Source of the DNA: Podarcis pityusensis
Taxonomy: Eukaryota
DNA length: 64,000 bases
Direction: 5' to 3' (one strand)
Assembly: GCA_964106645.2 (NCBI GenBank)
Contig: OZ078259.1
Under the pieces are notes generated by a model that saw only the letters and a list, made by a program, of their open reading frames with translations, had not been told where the DNA came from and did no database searches. Numbering within the stretch: position 1 is the first letter of the stretch; each line of letters begins with the position of its first letter. The position numbers were made by a program, and so were the translations under genes. This document shows positions 25,163 to 37,259 of the stretch, in pieces.

Positions 25163-26151
25163 CCCCTGAACTATTTCTGAATCATGAAAACAGCTATTAT
25201 TTAAGAATAATATTATTTAAGTTTACTGTTCCTCTTCCCATCCATCTCCCTTTTCCCTCATGGGTTGTTTTTATGGTGTTTTTGTTTTGTTTTAAAAAAG
25301 CTATAAGCCTATGAGGAGGGATTGTCTTGTTTTAAGCCACTCCTGTGAGCCTTTTTGAGTGACGAGAGCCATAGAAAAGCTCTAAATAATTAAAATCCTC
25401 TACCTGAATCTTATCTCCTTCTCTGTAACTTGGAAAGTGTTGCAGCAAAAAAACTGCTAGCCCTTAATGTTTCTAGTCCTCACGGTTCTGAATACAGGGC
25501 TTCATTAGATAGGAACATAGGAAGCTGCCTCCCACTGAGTCAGACCACTGGTCCATCTAGCGCAGCACTGTCTACACTGACAGGCAGCAGCTCTCTAGCC
25601 AAAGCTCCCCTCAAGCACTACCTGGAGATGCCAGTGGCAGCTTAACCTGGGACTTCCTGCATGCCAGGCAAACACTCCATCCCTGAGCTATGGCCCTCCC
25701 CCTAAAGATTAAGATTCTAGTCCTCATGATTCTGAATAAAGAGCTGTGTTCAATAGGAGCACAGGAAGATGCCTTATATGAGTCTGACATTTGGTTCATC
25801 CAACTCAATAGTGTCTACACTGACTGGCAGCCGCTCTCCAGGGTTTCAAAGAGGACACTTCTGCAGTTCTACAAGCTGCTGTCAGAGATTGAACTTGGGA
25901 CCTTCTGGATGCAAAGAAGACACTCTGTCACTGAGCTACACCCCTTTCCCTATTTGCTTCATCCATAAATAATCCACTTGCCTCTCAGGGGATTGGACTA
26001 GATGACCATCTGGGTTACTTCTAACTCTACAGTCCACCTGCCAGGGATTCTTAAGCTGTGATTCCTGCATTGCAAGGGATTGGACTAGATGACGCTAGAG
26101 GATGCATCCAACTCTACAATTCTATGGTTCTATGACAGATGCCAACCCAAC

Positions 26152-26299
26152 CTGTGCTGTGCCCGCTGCCAGCCATCTTCCGCGCTTTGCCTTTCGGAAC
26201 CGGAGGCAAGAGCTCAACCTCTTCCTGTGGCATCTGAGCGACTTTTTGAAGAAAGATCTTCTCCAAGGCTTGGGCCATGAGAACGATGTCATCAGTGGG
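26152..26299 (-). CDS. BRD3: BRD3 exon 4 (end of BD1)
   Basis: 148 nt, [49 protein letters not shown](G); CAG/GT boundaries. Confidence 0.96.
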
Positions 26300-27315
26300 C
26301 TGGAGACGGGGTGGGAGAAAGCAGGTGGTCATGGGGAGGACACAAACGAAGGCTCGACACCTCACATCTATTTATTTGTTTGCTTCATAACATTCATACA
26401 CCACTTGAGTGTGGTGGGGAAAGACCTCAAAGTGGTTTGCAAAGAAAGAAAAAGATAATTAAGATCATCACTTAGAAAAATTAACAGCAAGGATTTAAAA
26501 CTTTCAAAAAAAATTTAAAAATGGATCAAAATTTGCACCAATCTTCTAAAACATCTGGGTAAACTTATCTAAACAATATAGCTCTTAGCAGGTGCTGCAA
26601 CAAGTACAGCGAAGGTGTCCGTCCGATATCAATAGGCAAGTTCCAAAGTATAGGTGCTGCCACACTAAAATATTGAGTTTTTACAAACATGGAACAAGTA
26701 TTATGTGGCACCTATAACAGCGCTAAGGCTGCTGATCAAAGGTGCCCGCCTGATGTCAGTAGGAACCCACTCATGCAGCAAAGCATTAATCACACTCTGG
26801 ACCCAACCAGTCAGTCCCACTATGCTAGATCTAACAAGCCAGGAGGAACAGGGGTCAAGGTTGCATGTGGTCAGACGCATTGCCACCAGCATCTTGTCCA
26901 CATCAGCTGATTGCATGAGGAGAAACTGATCCCACAACACATCCTTCATGGCAGCAATGGGTACTTCAACCAGAGCTGCAACAAGCACAGAGTCATGATC
27001 CCTCCAAAGCTGAGTGATTTTATCCTCAAAAGTGTGTAGCCAGTTGATCACAGCAGGTCTTCAAGGGCTTGAGGTCCCTCCTCTACAGTGGGAGTCAGTA
27101 ACCCTCAGACCCTCCAAAATATCTCCACCAGCTGGTTACTAGAGGACACAATGTGAGCTGCAAAATGAGCCATTTTTGCAGGCCCACACTGCCACATTGT
27201 AGGCACAGTTAAGTGTTTTTAATAGTGTTTGGTCATCTTCAGAGTAAGACTTACACCACTTGCACTAAAGTTCTCATCCGGCTTGTTTCATAGTCCGGAC
27301 CTCCTCAGAATACTA

Positions 27316-27525
<210 letters not shown>

Positions 27526-29155
27526 TTATTAATTATTTGGGGAGGGGGCGGGACCATTTCAGCTAGAGGGACCTATAGGGAACCTTTCAAGAAGTCACAG
27601 ACCAGTGGCAGAAAGCCAGCCAGGGTGAAGGCTTGTGGCCTCCAAAAGGCAGATCACACAGGAATGCAGCCCACATGCTGAAGGAAGTTTCCCACCGCTG
27701 GGAAATACATCTCCATCTCCTGTAATCCACAGCAAGCCAATGACCAGGGATGATGGCATATTTTATTTATAAGCATATTTATATATCCCAATTTTATAAC
27801 AACAACAAAAATCAGAGCAGTTTACAACCATTATACATAAAGCCATATAAAAAGTTAAGATTTTAAAAAACCAGCTAACTATTGTGGAAAAGATGTATTG
27901 ATTTCCTGTGTAAGTCTGAGGGAACTGAAAAGTTTTCAGGAGGCATTTAAAGGTTGAGATGGAAGTGGCAGGCAGTTCCACAGCACTGGTCAATGACCCT
28001 AAAGATTTAGTTTCTTCTTGTTGCCAAATGAGTCTCACCAACTCAGGAAATGATGCTCCTGCAGAGAATCTCAGCGATGGACTTGGGATACAAGGGTTCT
28101 GGCACTCCCTGAGGTACCCTGGACCTCAGTTGCTCAGGGCTTTGTAAGTTAATACAAGGACCTTGAACCAGGCTTGGTAGTAGATGGGGAACCAGAGCAG
28201 GGTGTCCCATGTTCTCAACCAGACTCTCTCCATAGTAATCTGGATGCTGCATTCTTCACCAGGTGGAGCTTCCAAACCAGGCCCAAGGCCGCTCCACACA
28301 GAGCACATTACAGCGATCCAGGCTCAAGATTATGCATGGACTACAAGGGTATCCCTGTCCAAGTGTCCAGGAATGGCTGTGATTAGCAAACCAGATGAAG
28401 CTGGTAGAAGGCACTCCTAGCCACAGAGGACACCTGGGCCTCTAGTGAAAACGATGTACCTAGGAGTACCCCCAAACTACGCACTTGCTCCTTCAGAGAT
28501 AGGTAAGTTACCTGTTCTCGGTGGGGTTGCCCTATCTCCAGACATGGGACCCACCCACCTTAAGAGCCTCTGTCTTCTCAGGAATCTAACACAGTTTACT
28601 GGCTCTCATCCAGTCCACTACTGCATCCAGACACAGGTCCAAAGCTTTCACATTCTCTCCTGATTCAGATGTCAGGGAGAAGTAGAGCTGCATGTGTCAT
28701 CAGCGTACTGGTGACACCTTGCTCCGAAACTCCAGGAGCTGTCCCATGAAACACGGAGCAAGCTTCTTTTCTGCTGCTCTGGGAGGGGAGGACCTGAACC
28801 AAAGGATTCAAATGACAAGAAAGGAGATTCTGACTAAACAGTATGAAGAACGTTCTGTCGGTAACTGCTTGGCAATGGAACTTGGAAGACGGTGGACTCT
28901 CGCTTCTTGGAGGTTTTTAAACAGAGGTTGGAAGGCCATCTTTTGGGAATTCTATAGCTGTGATTTCTGCATTGCAGTGGGTTCTATGGTTCCTCATGAC
29001 AACAGATGACGCCTTGTCAGAGCCTTTGAATAAGTGGGGAAACACCTCAGAAATAAGAAACATTACTCACTAGTAAATTCAATTTAATTGCATCAACAGG
29101 CTGGTAGCCTTTAAATAAGTGGGGGAACACCTCAGAAATAAGAAACATTACTCAC

Positions 29156-29356
29156 TGGTAAATTCAATTTAATTGCATCAACAGGTTGGTAGAAAGGCCA
29201 GGCGAACTGGTGTTTCCACAGAGTCTTCACCACCACATTCTGCATGTACTGAAGTTGGTTGGTCTTCCGCCCAGGCTTGGCTGAGTTGGTGACCTCTGGG
29301 GGAGGTGGGTTCGCAGGGCCTTGGGGAGCCTGGATGGCTGAGGTGGCAGCAGACAT
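29156..29356 (-). CDS. BRD3: BRD3 coding exon 1 (gene exon 2; start codon, N-terminus of bromodomain 1)
   Basis: [67 protein letters not shown]; donor GTGAGT. The exon extends 5' as UTR to the acceptor ...ctctccag at 29486. Confidence 0.97.
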
Positions 29357-31612
29357 CTTTCTCCTGCCTCCTCCTCGACTTGCTGGCGTTCAAGGCAGCA
29401 GCAGCAGGTCCTCGGGAAGGAATCGTTGTCTTTCTACGATCCCTGGATGGGATGGGCATCCCATTCCCAGGGACCAGCCATGCAGCCTGGAGAGCAGGGA
29501 GAGGACAGCAAAACATCAGTCGATGATTTCTAGAAAAGGGCGGAGGGAAGACACATCGTGGAGGGCTCGATCTTTTGATCACAAGGAGCCAAATCTCATT
29601 AGGCCCTCCAGTTCTATGACATGGAAGGAGAAGGAGGAGGAGGAGAAGGAGGATGGTTCCCCACCACGAGTCCTTTCTTGCATACAAGGGAGAAGCTTGC
29701 GGGGCAATCACAAATAGCAGCTGACTACTAAGCCTGCAAAGCCAGGGCCAGCCCAAGGCTGCACCCTAAGCCACACCACCCCAGGTCTTTTGTACATACA
29801 AGAGCACAACTGGCAGGGCAATCACATTTATGGGGCAATCCTTAGAACTGGCCTTGTTCATAGCAACTGATGGCACAAGAGCCTATTTTTGGAGAAGGAC
29901 TAGGAGGAAATTTGCTTTGCTCAGAGACTGGAATTACATCTTGACTCCTTACAATGATGATGCAGTGGCAGGAAAAAGTGGGGAATGAGCTCCTCTGTGA
30001 CTTCTGTAAAATCAGACATCAACCCAGCATTCAAAAGTTGCCAGGAGCATTTTGCACCTTGCTTTCGGCCACTTGTGACCAAGTGAAGATGCCTGAGTGC
30101 CAGGATGACACCTGGTGCATCTACCATCTGGAGGTGCATGCCTGGGGATTATTGGATCTTGACTGTTTTCACACACTAGCAACACATCCTGTAAAATTCT
30201 ATCCATCTTTTTTCTGCACAACTAGAATGAATTTCAGGAGCTAAAACGTTCTATTGAAGAATAGGATTTTCGATCCATCTGGCCCAAAAATCACAACTAG
30301 GCATTCCGTTTTGGTGACTATTACACTGGTTTAAGGAGCTATATTGGTGCCTAGCTTATATATCTGAGCTTCTAACACTGCATCAACCTTCTGTATTTAC
30401 TACACTACAAAGAGGTTTTTAAAAATGTGTTCTAACCACCCAAGTCTAGAGAAAGAATCCAATCTACTACGTTTTTCTTACCATCCTGAAACACATACTG
30501 AGCACAGCCAGCACAAATTCACAACACTGAAAGAAAGCTAGGTGGATATATATATTGGGCAAGACATTAACATGGCTCAGACTCAGAACACGCCAATATA
30601 ACTCCTAGACTACTAACAGCTAAAAGTAAGAACATGCCAACAATGTTTTATTATTTCATACAATTTTATATACTGTACTGCTTGCTTGTTTAAAAAACCT
30701 CAAAGCAGTTTGCAAAAATACTAAAACACTTTTAAAAAATTAAAGCATGCAATAACAATAATAATAAAACCAGCAACAACCTAAAAATTCACTAGCCTTC
30801 TAGATACCTGTGTAGGCTTATCTATACAGAACTGTTTTGAGCAGGCACCAAAAAGTGTAGTGAGGGCACCTGTCATTAGGCAGGGAGTTCCAAAATGTAG
30901 GTGCCATCACACTAGAAGATGAATTTCTTAATGACATGGAATGGGTATTACATGGCATCTTTAACAGTGCCAGTTCCAGAAATCAAAGCAATTGAAAGAG
31001 CTTATGTGAAATAAGGCAATGGGGAGAGAGAGATGTGCTCAATCATATCAACCAATTACTTATTTGAAAACCAACTATAAAATGTTGAATCTGTAATGGT
31101 GAGCAGCCCAAATAAGATCACATCTAAATCATAAGTGTAGATCAAATTGGATTTATTTGGGTGGTGCCCAAGTAAATTCTACTCAGAGTAGAGCCCACTG
31201 AAGTTAATGGAAACAAGTTACTCGTGGCCATCAATTTTTGTGTGTCTACTCCAAGTATGACTAACATTATGTTGTAATTAAAAGTATTTATCATAAGCTA
31301 CCCTTCACCCAAAGCATCTCACATAAACAAAGTACCAGCGAATGCCAGCAGCAGGGTTCAAATCCCCACTTGGCCAAGAAACTCTTGAGCTCACATCCCC
31401 CAGAACCATCTGGTTGGTCTTGTGCTCTTGCATGTGCTAAGGACTTGGGAAGACTGGCCCTGGCTTTGCAAACTCGGTAGCTGCTATTTGTGATTGCTCC
31501 CCCAACGTCTTTAGTTGGGTTTTCTTTAGTGCCGTTTTAAAAACTAGCTCTTTATGGTTTTTATGGTGTGTTTGCAAATTGCCTTGAAATGCATGTAAAA
31601 GGGGATTCATAA

Positions 31613-31648
<36 letters not shown>

Positions 31649-33509
31649 GCTTTTGGTCCAATCCAGCAGCCAGGCTCTTATTATGTTCTAAGAACCTAAG
31701 CAGAGTTTGCTAGATCTAGCCAAAAGTTACCCATCTCCTCCAGCATCCTGTCCTCACAGTGGCCAACCAGATGCCCTAAACCCTCAATCAGGACCCGAGT
31801 ACAATAGCACTCTCCCATTCTGCAGTTTCCATAAACAAGTATTCAGAAGCATTACTGCCTCTAATCATGGAGTCAGAGCCTGGCCATCATGGCTAGCAAT
31901 GGTACCCCTTGATATCCTCTGTGAATTTGTTCTCTTTGAAAGGAGGAAGGCAGGAAGGTGTCAGGGGAAGCTGAGGCCACCTGTCCACCAAGAGCCTGGC
32001 ACAGTGCATATTTACTTGCAAGTACATGCCTCTAAGTTAAATGGAACTTAATTCTATGTGAGCATAGAACTGTAGCCTTATTTGGGTGCAAGTCTTGGGG
32101 AACCATCAATCAGCGAAATAAGCTTCCCAGTAAACACCAAGAACCTATACCAGCAGAGTCCATAACTGTATTTCAATGAACACAACACCCTTGGAAGTGC
32201 ACAATGTCTTGGATTCAGACTAAGTGAGTAGAACTCAGATCCCACTGAAATAGACAAGGCTGAAGTGGTCAAAAGCAAGCTAGCAGTGACTTAATTTAAA
32301 CCCTTGATGGCAGCTTAAACTCAGCTAACTTAGCCCAGGAATTGTGAGCAATTCTGGTCACCTTACTGCAAAAGGCATATTAGACTAGATGGCGATTGGC
32401 CTGATTCAACAAGGCTCTTTTTTTTATGTTCAATCAGTGCCCTCCCTGACAATCCCCACCAGTCCTCAACTGGAACAGCCATGCTTCCATCAGCCCCAGC
32501 ATTAAAGAGCTGTACAGGCTGGGGCTGATGGCAATTGTGGTCCCAAACATCTGGAAGGTGACAGCTTGGGAAAGGCTGATTTAGACCCAACACAAAGTTT
32601 CAACCTGCTTAAGAGCATAAGAAGAGCCTGCTGGATCAAAACAATGGTCCATCTTAGTCCAGCATCCTGTCCTCACAGTAGCCAACCAGATGCTCATTAT
32701 GGGAAACCCACAAATGGGATTTGAGCACAAGAGTACTCTCCCCTCCTGCGGTACCCAGGAACTGGTACTGTACTTCTTTTAGGAATGACTCCTTCTGGCA
32801 GTTTGTTTCCCAGTGCCTGGTTGCAGTGTTAGAAACTCAGATGTATAAGGTAGAGGCCAAATGTCTCCTTAAACCAAAGCTTCAGTCGCCAAGACAGAAT
32901 GTCTAGTTGTCATTTTTGGGCAAGATGACTCTAAAGTCTTACTTTTCAAATGACGCACTAACATATTTGATTATCAGTTAAACATCTGGCTAGTTCAGAT
33001 GACAACCCTGAGCTAGGTTAAGAACTTTGAGAACTTAAAGAAAAGTCACATTATCCAGGGACACTTCACATATATACTGGCCCATTCCTAGCTCTTTTTC
33101 TTAATGATGACACAGTCCATTCATAACATATGAATATTTTTCACAACTGTGAGCAGGGCAGTGGAATGGGGTAAGTGAAGACAAGCTTCAACAATTAGCT
33201 ATAATTGTTCACTGCTCCTGCTTAGGATGCACAGAAAAAGCATTTTGGTTCCTGAAATTTATTCTGATTGTGCAGATAAAATGTAACTGATAGAATTCCA
33301 CAGGATGTAGTATTAATGTGTGAAAACAGTAAAGATCCAATGATCCTCAGAAATGCACCTCCAGATGGTAGAGATATCAAGCACCTTCCTGGCATCCAGG
33401 CAACCTCACTTGGTCACAAGTGGGAAATAGTTAGGTGCAAAATGTGCCTGGTGCCTGGCTGATTTTGAACACTGGTTGGGATATGCAAAAGAGGTCCCCC
33501 ACTGACATA

Positions 33510-33621
33510 TATATGGATACCACCCTGAACACACCCAATCTCATCTGATCTCCGAAGCTAAGCAGGGTCAGGACTGGTTGTTCTTGGATGGAATACCAGG
33601 AATACTAGGTGCTATAAGCTT
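33510..33621 (+). pseudogene. 5S rRNA pseudogene / 5S-derived retroposon head
   Basis: ATACCACCCTGAACACACCCAATCTCATCTGATCTCCGAAGCTAAGCAGGGTCAGGACTGGTTG...TTGGATGG...AATACTAGGTGCTATAAGCTT aligns to vertebrate 5S with CpG-decay changes and small deletions. Confidence 0.9.
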
Positions 33622-33629
33622 GGCTTGGA

Positions 33630-33753
33630 AGGGATAGCTCAGTAAGTAGAGCATGAGATTATTAATCTCAAGGTTCTGGTTTCAAGCCCCACATTGCAGG
33701 TGGTTGGACTAGATGGCCCTTACAATCCCTTCCAACTCTACAATTCTATGATT
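33630..33753 (+). mobile_element. tRNA-Lys-derived SINE with CR1-type 3' tail
   Basis: GGATAGCTCAGTAAGTAGAGCATGAGATTATTAATCTCAAGG...TTCAAGCCCCACATTG resembles tRNA-Lys(CTT); followed by GGTTGGACTAGATG...TTCCAACTCTACAATTCTATGATT. Confidence 0.8.
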
Positions 33754-34544
33754 TTAAGGATAATGAACTGTTCCTAGTATTACTGACCACTGTCTCCATA
33801 CCCCCTCATCATGACCACCATCTCCCCCTCTCACAAACCCCAAATTCTGACACACAGTTGTTGAATTTGTCATTAATGGATTTCTGCAGGGGATTCTCAC
33901 CCCCAATAAGCCTGCAATCCTAAACACACTTGCTTAGATGCAAAGGTGAACGTAAGAACTTAAGAAGAGCCTACTGGATCAGGCTGAAGGGGCTAATCTC
34001 GTTAAGCACCCTGTTTCCACTGTGGCCAACCAGATTCCCAAAATGGGATGCTCATGAGCAGGACATAAATACAATGGCACTTTCCAGCCGCTGTTCCCCA
34101 TCACCTTGCATACAGAGACAACAGAACCTGCATGCCCAAGACAGTCTATCACACAAGCCTCCAGGCCAAAGGGGGCACATCAAAGTCCAGCATCCTCTTC
34201 TCAGAGTGGCCAACCAGATCTGGAAGCATATAAGCAGGACCCTAGCGCAAGAGCAACTCTCCTCACTTGTGATTCCCAGCAAGTGACAACCAGAGGCATC
34301 CTGCCTCCAGGAATAAGGAAGAACCTAAGAACTTGCTGGATCATGCCAAAGGGGGCCCACCTAGTCCAGCATTCTGTTCTCACAGAGGGCAACCAGATGC
34401 CCCAATGCAAAGCCTGCAAGCAGGACCCAAGCACAAGAGCACTTTCCCCTCCTATGGTTTCCAGCAATGGGTCACACAACTAATAAGCACAACCATTCAG
34501 TTTAAGGCAACAGAGACTCTGGGCAGAGATGACACCCCAATGAG

Positions 34545-35227
34545 ATGTGTACATGTGAAAAGGATCTAGGAGTCTTGGTTGACCACAAACTTGACATGAG
34601 CCAACAGTGTGACGCGGCAGCTAAAAAAGCCAATGCAATTCTGGGCTGCATCAATAGGAGTATAGCATCTAGATCAAAGGAAGTAATAGTGCCACTGTAT
34701 TCTGCTCTGGTCAGACCTCACCTGGAGTACTGTGTCCAGTTCTGGGCACCACAGTTCAAGAAGGACACTGACAAACTGGAACGTGTCCAGAGGAGGGCAA
34801 CCAAAATGGTCAAAGGCCTGGAAACGATGCCTTACGAGGAACGGCTAAGGGAGCTGGGCATGTTTAGCCCGGAGAAGAGGAGGTTAAGGGGTGATATGAT
34901 AGCCATGTTCAAATATATAAAAGGATGTCACATAGAGGAGGGAGAAAGGTTGTTTTCTGCTGCTCCAGAGAAGCAGACACGGAGCAATGGATCCAAACTA
35001 CAAGAAAGAAGATTCCACCTAAACATTAGGAAGAACTTCCTGACAGTAAGAGCTGTTTGACAGTGGAATTTGCTGCCAAGGAGTGTGGTGTAGTCTCCTT
35101 CTTTGGAGGTCTTTAAGTAGAGGCTTGACAACCATATGTCAGGAGTGCTCTGATGGTGTTTCCTGCTTGGCAGGGGGTTGGACTCGATGGCCCTTGTGGT
35201 CTCTTCCAACTCTATGATTCTATGATA
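34545..35227 (+). mobile_element. 5'-truncated CR1 LINE (ORF2 C-terminus and 3' tail)
   Basis: [32 protein letters not shown]...[19 protein letters not shown]...; tail TTCCAACTCTATGATTCTATGAT. Confidence 0.95.
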
Positions 35228-36879
35228 TCAATGTAACCGGCAACACAATCTTATTGGCCTTGAACTGGAACTAGATATCACAACCAGGCTTCCACAAGAA
35301 TGCTACAAGTGCGTCAGGCGGGCTCTCCTTATCCAAGGAAGAGGACTCAACATTTGCCATACCTAAACTCTGGAACAATATGTGTTTAAAACAAAACAAA
35401 ACAAAACACTGCTCTAGGGCATCAGGCTTCAACTGGCAGGTCATGGGCAACTTCCACCTTGCAACTTGATCAATGGTGGCTTGCAACAGCAGCACTACCA
35501 CCACAATGATACATGGGAAATAAACTAAGAAATGGGTCCCTCAGTGCAGAATTGTTTTCATAGTGGGTTGTGGGTCTGAAAAAGTTGAATGCAGCTGGAG
35601 TGAGCAGAGGGAGGGAAATATGAAAGCTGCTTTATACACAGAGTCAGGTCATTGGTCCATCTAGCTCAATAATGCCCAGTGACTGGCAGCAGTTATCCAG
35701 GGTTACAGACAGCAAGACTCTCCCAGCTGTTCCTGGAGAAGCTGTGGGGGACTGCACCTGGAATCGTCTATGTGCAAGACAGATGCTCTACCACTGAACC
35801 ATGGCCCTTTTCTTAAAAATGTTTAGTCCTTGTGGTTCTGCATAAAGGGCAAAATTAAACAGGAATACCTTAGTATGGTCCCATTTAGCTTAGTATTTTC
35901 TACACTAACTGGCATAGGCTCTCCAGGCAGGGATAGGGGTATTTCCCAGCCTGACCTGGGACTCCAACTCTGCAATTCTATTATTCTGTGCATGCAAAGC
36001 AGGTGCAGCCTTCCCCCCAAAATAAAATAAGGTTCCAGACCTCCTGGTTCTAATAAAGGGATAGTCTAGCTCAGTATTGCCTACACTGACTGGCAGTGAC
36101 TCCAGAGTTTCAGACAGGGAGGCTCTCCCAGCTCTACCTGAAGATGCCATGAGAGATTGAAGCTGAGAATTTCTGCATGCAAAGCAGGTGATATACGCAC
36201 TGAGCCACAGAATCCAAAGTTAATTGGGATCTACTGTTAGATATCCATGCAATCTTCAGTAGACCAAGGAGTTTCCAACTCCTAGTTATTTTACAATAGC
36301 AACAAAACAAGGATTCCCCCCCCCCTCAAAAAAAGGCTACTGAAATGAAATGAAGAGCCAGGAGTGAATTTTTTTATGCAAAAGGATTGCAAAATTAGTT
36401 CAGTTCTGGTACAGAAAACAAATCCTTGGGATCTGAATATATTCAAAGGCGGCCTGCTCCTCAGTTTGAAATTCTTGTTTTGGAAGCAATTATAAACAAC
36501 AACCAAGTAAATCCAACAAGTCTTAAGTCTCCTTGATGCTGCCCCAGAACATGGGCAGAGTGCTTGAGGCAGCATCCCTGTCCATGTCTCTTTTTTTAAG
36601 GAGTTGGCCTGCAATCCTAACCACAATTCCATTGGAATAAGCCACACTGAAGGCAAGAGAACAGACTTCCATAATATAGACATAGTTAGGATTGGGGGTC
36701 CCAATAAAATCAGCTGATTACCTTCCAGGCAAACAGGTCTAAATCAGCAGGTACAACACACATCAGATAGACACACCAGTTAACTCCAGGGATCAAAATC
36801 AGGTCCTTGGACCTTTTGACTGCGGAATTGAGAGTGCAGAGCCCAAGCTGGTGATGGGGAGTAATGGAGCCACATTAAG

Positions 36880-37115
36880 AGCCAGTCTGGCATAGTGGTT
36901 AGAGTGTTGGGTTCGGGCATGTGAAAAACAGGGTTCAAATTCCCCACTCAGCCATAATGCTCACCGGGTGGGCATGACCTTGGGGCCAACCACTCTCAAC
37001 CCAACCTATCTCACAGGTTTGCTGCTGGGGATAAAATTTGGAGATGGGGTCACGGGTATGTAAGCCACCATGAGCTCCCTGGAGGAGAGATGGGATATAC
37101 ATGCGATAAACAAAC
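36880..37115 (+). mobile_element. MIR/CORE-like SINE with L2-type tail; fragments also near 8640-8850, 9760-9900, 20630-20780, 47150-47310
   Basis: TAGTGGTTAGAGTGTTGG...GGTTCAAATTCCC head; ACCTATCTCACAGG core. Confidence 0.7.
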
Positions 37116-37259
37116 CAATCAACCAAACAACCAACTGCAATCGCCCCTAAAAGATATCTCCATATGCAACAGGGTTTTTAAGGAAGAAGAGAAAAGTCCC
37201 GTCCCCCCCGCAATCTTTTCTGAGTTTTCTAAAGTGACTACCACACAGGAAAATTAAAA

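Noticed and set aside
33510-33621. Functional 5S rRNA gene
   Set aside because: Single copy with deletions and CpG decay, and no oligo-T terminator.
33630-33700. Functional tRNA-Lys gene
   Set aside because: Anticodon loop, T-loop and acceptor stem are mutated and it runs into a CR1 tail; it is a SINE head.
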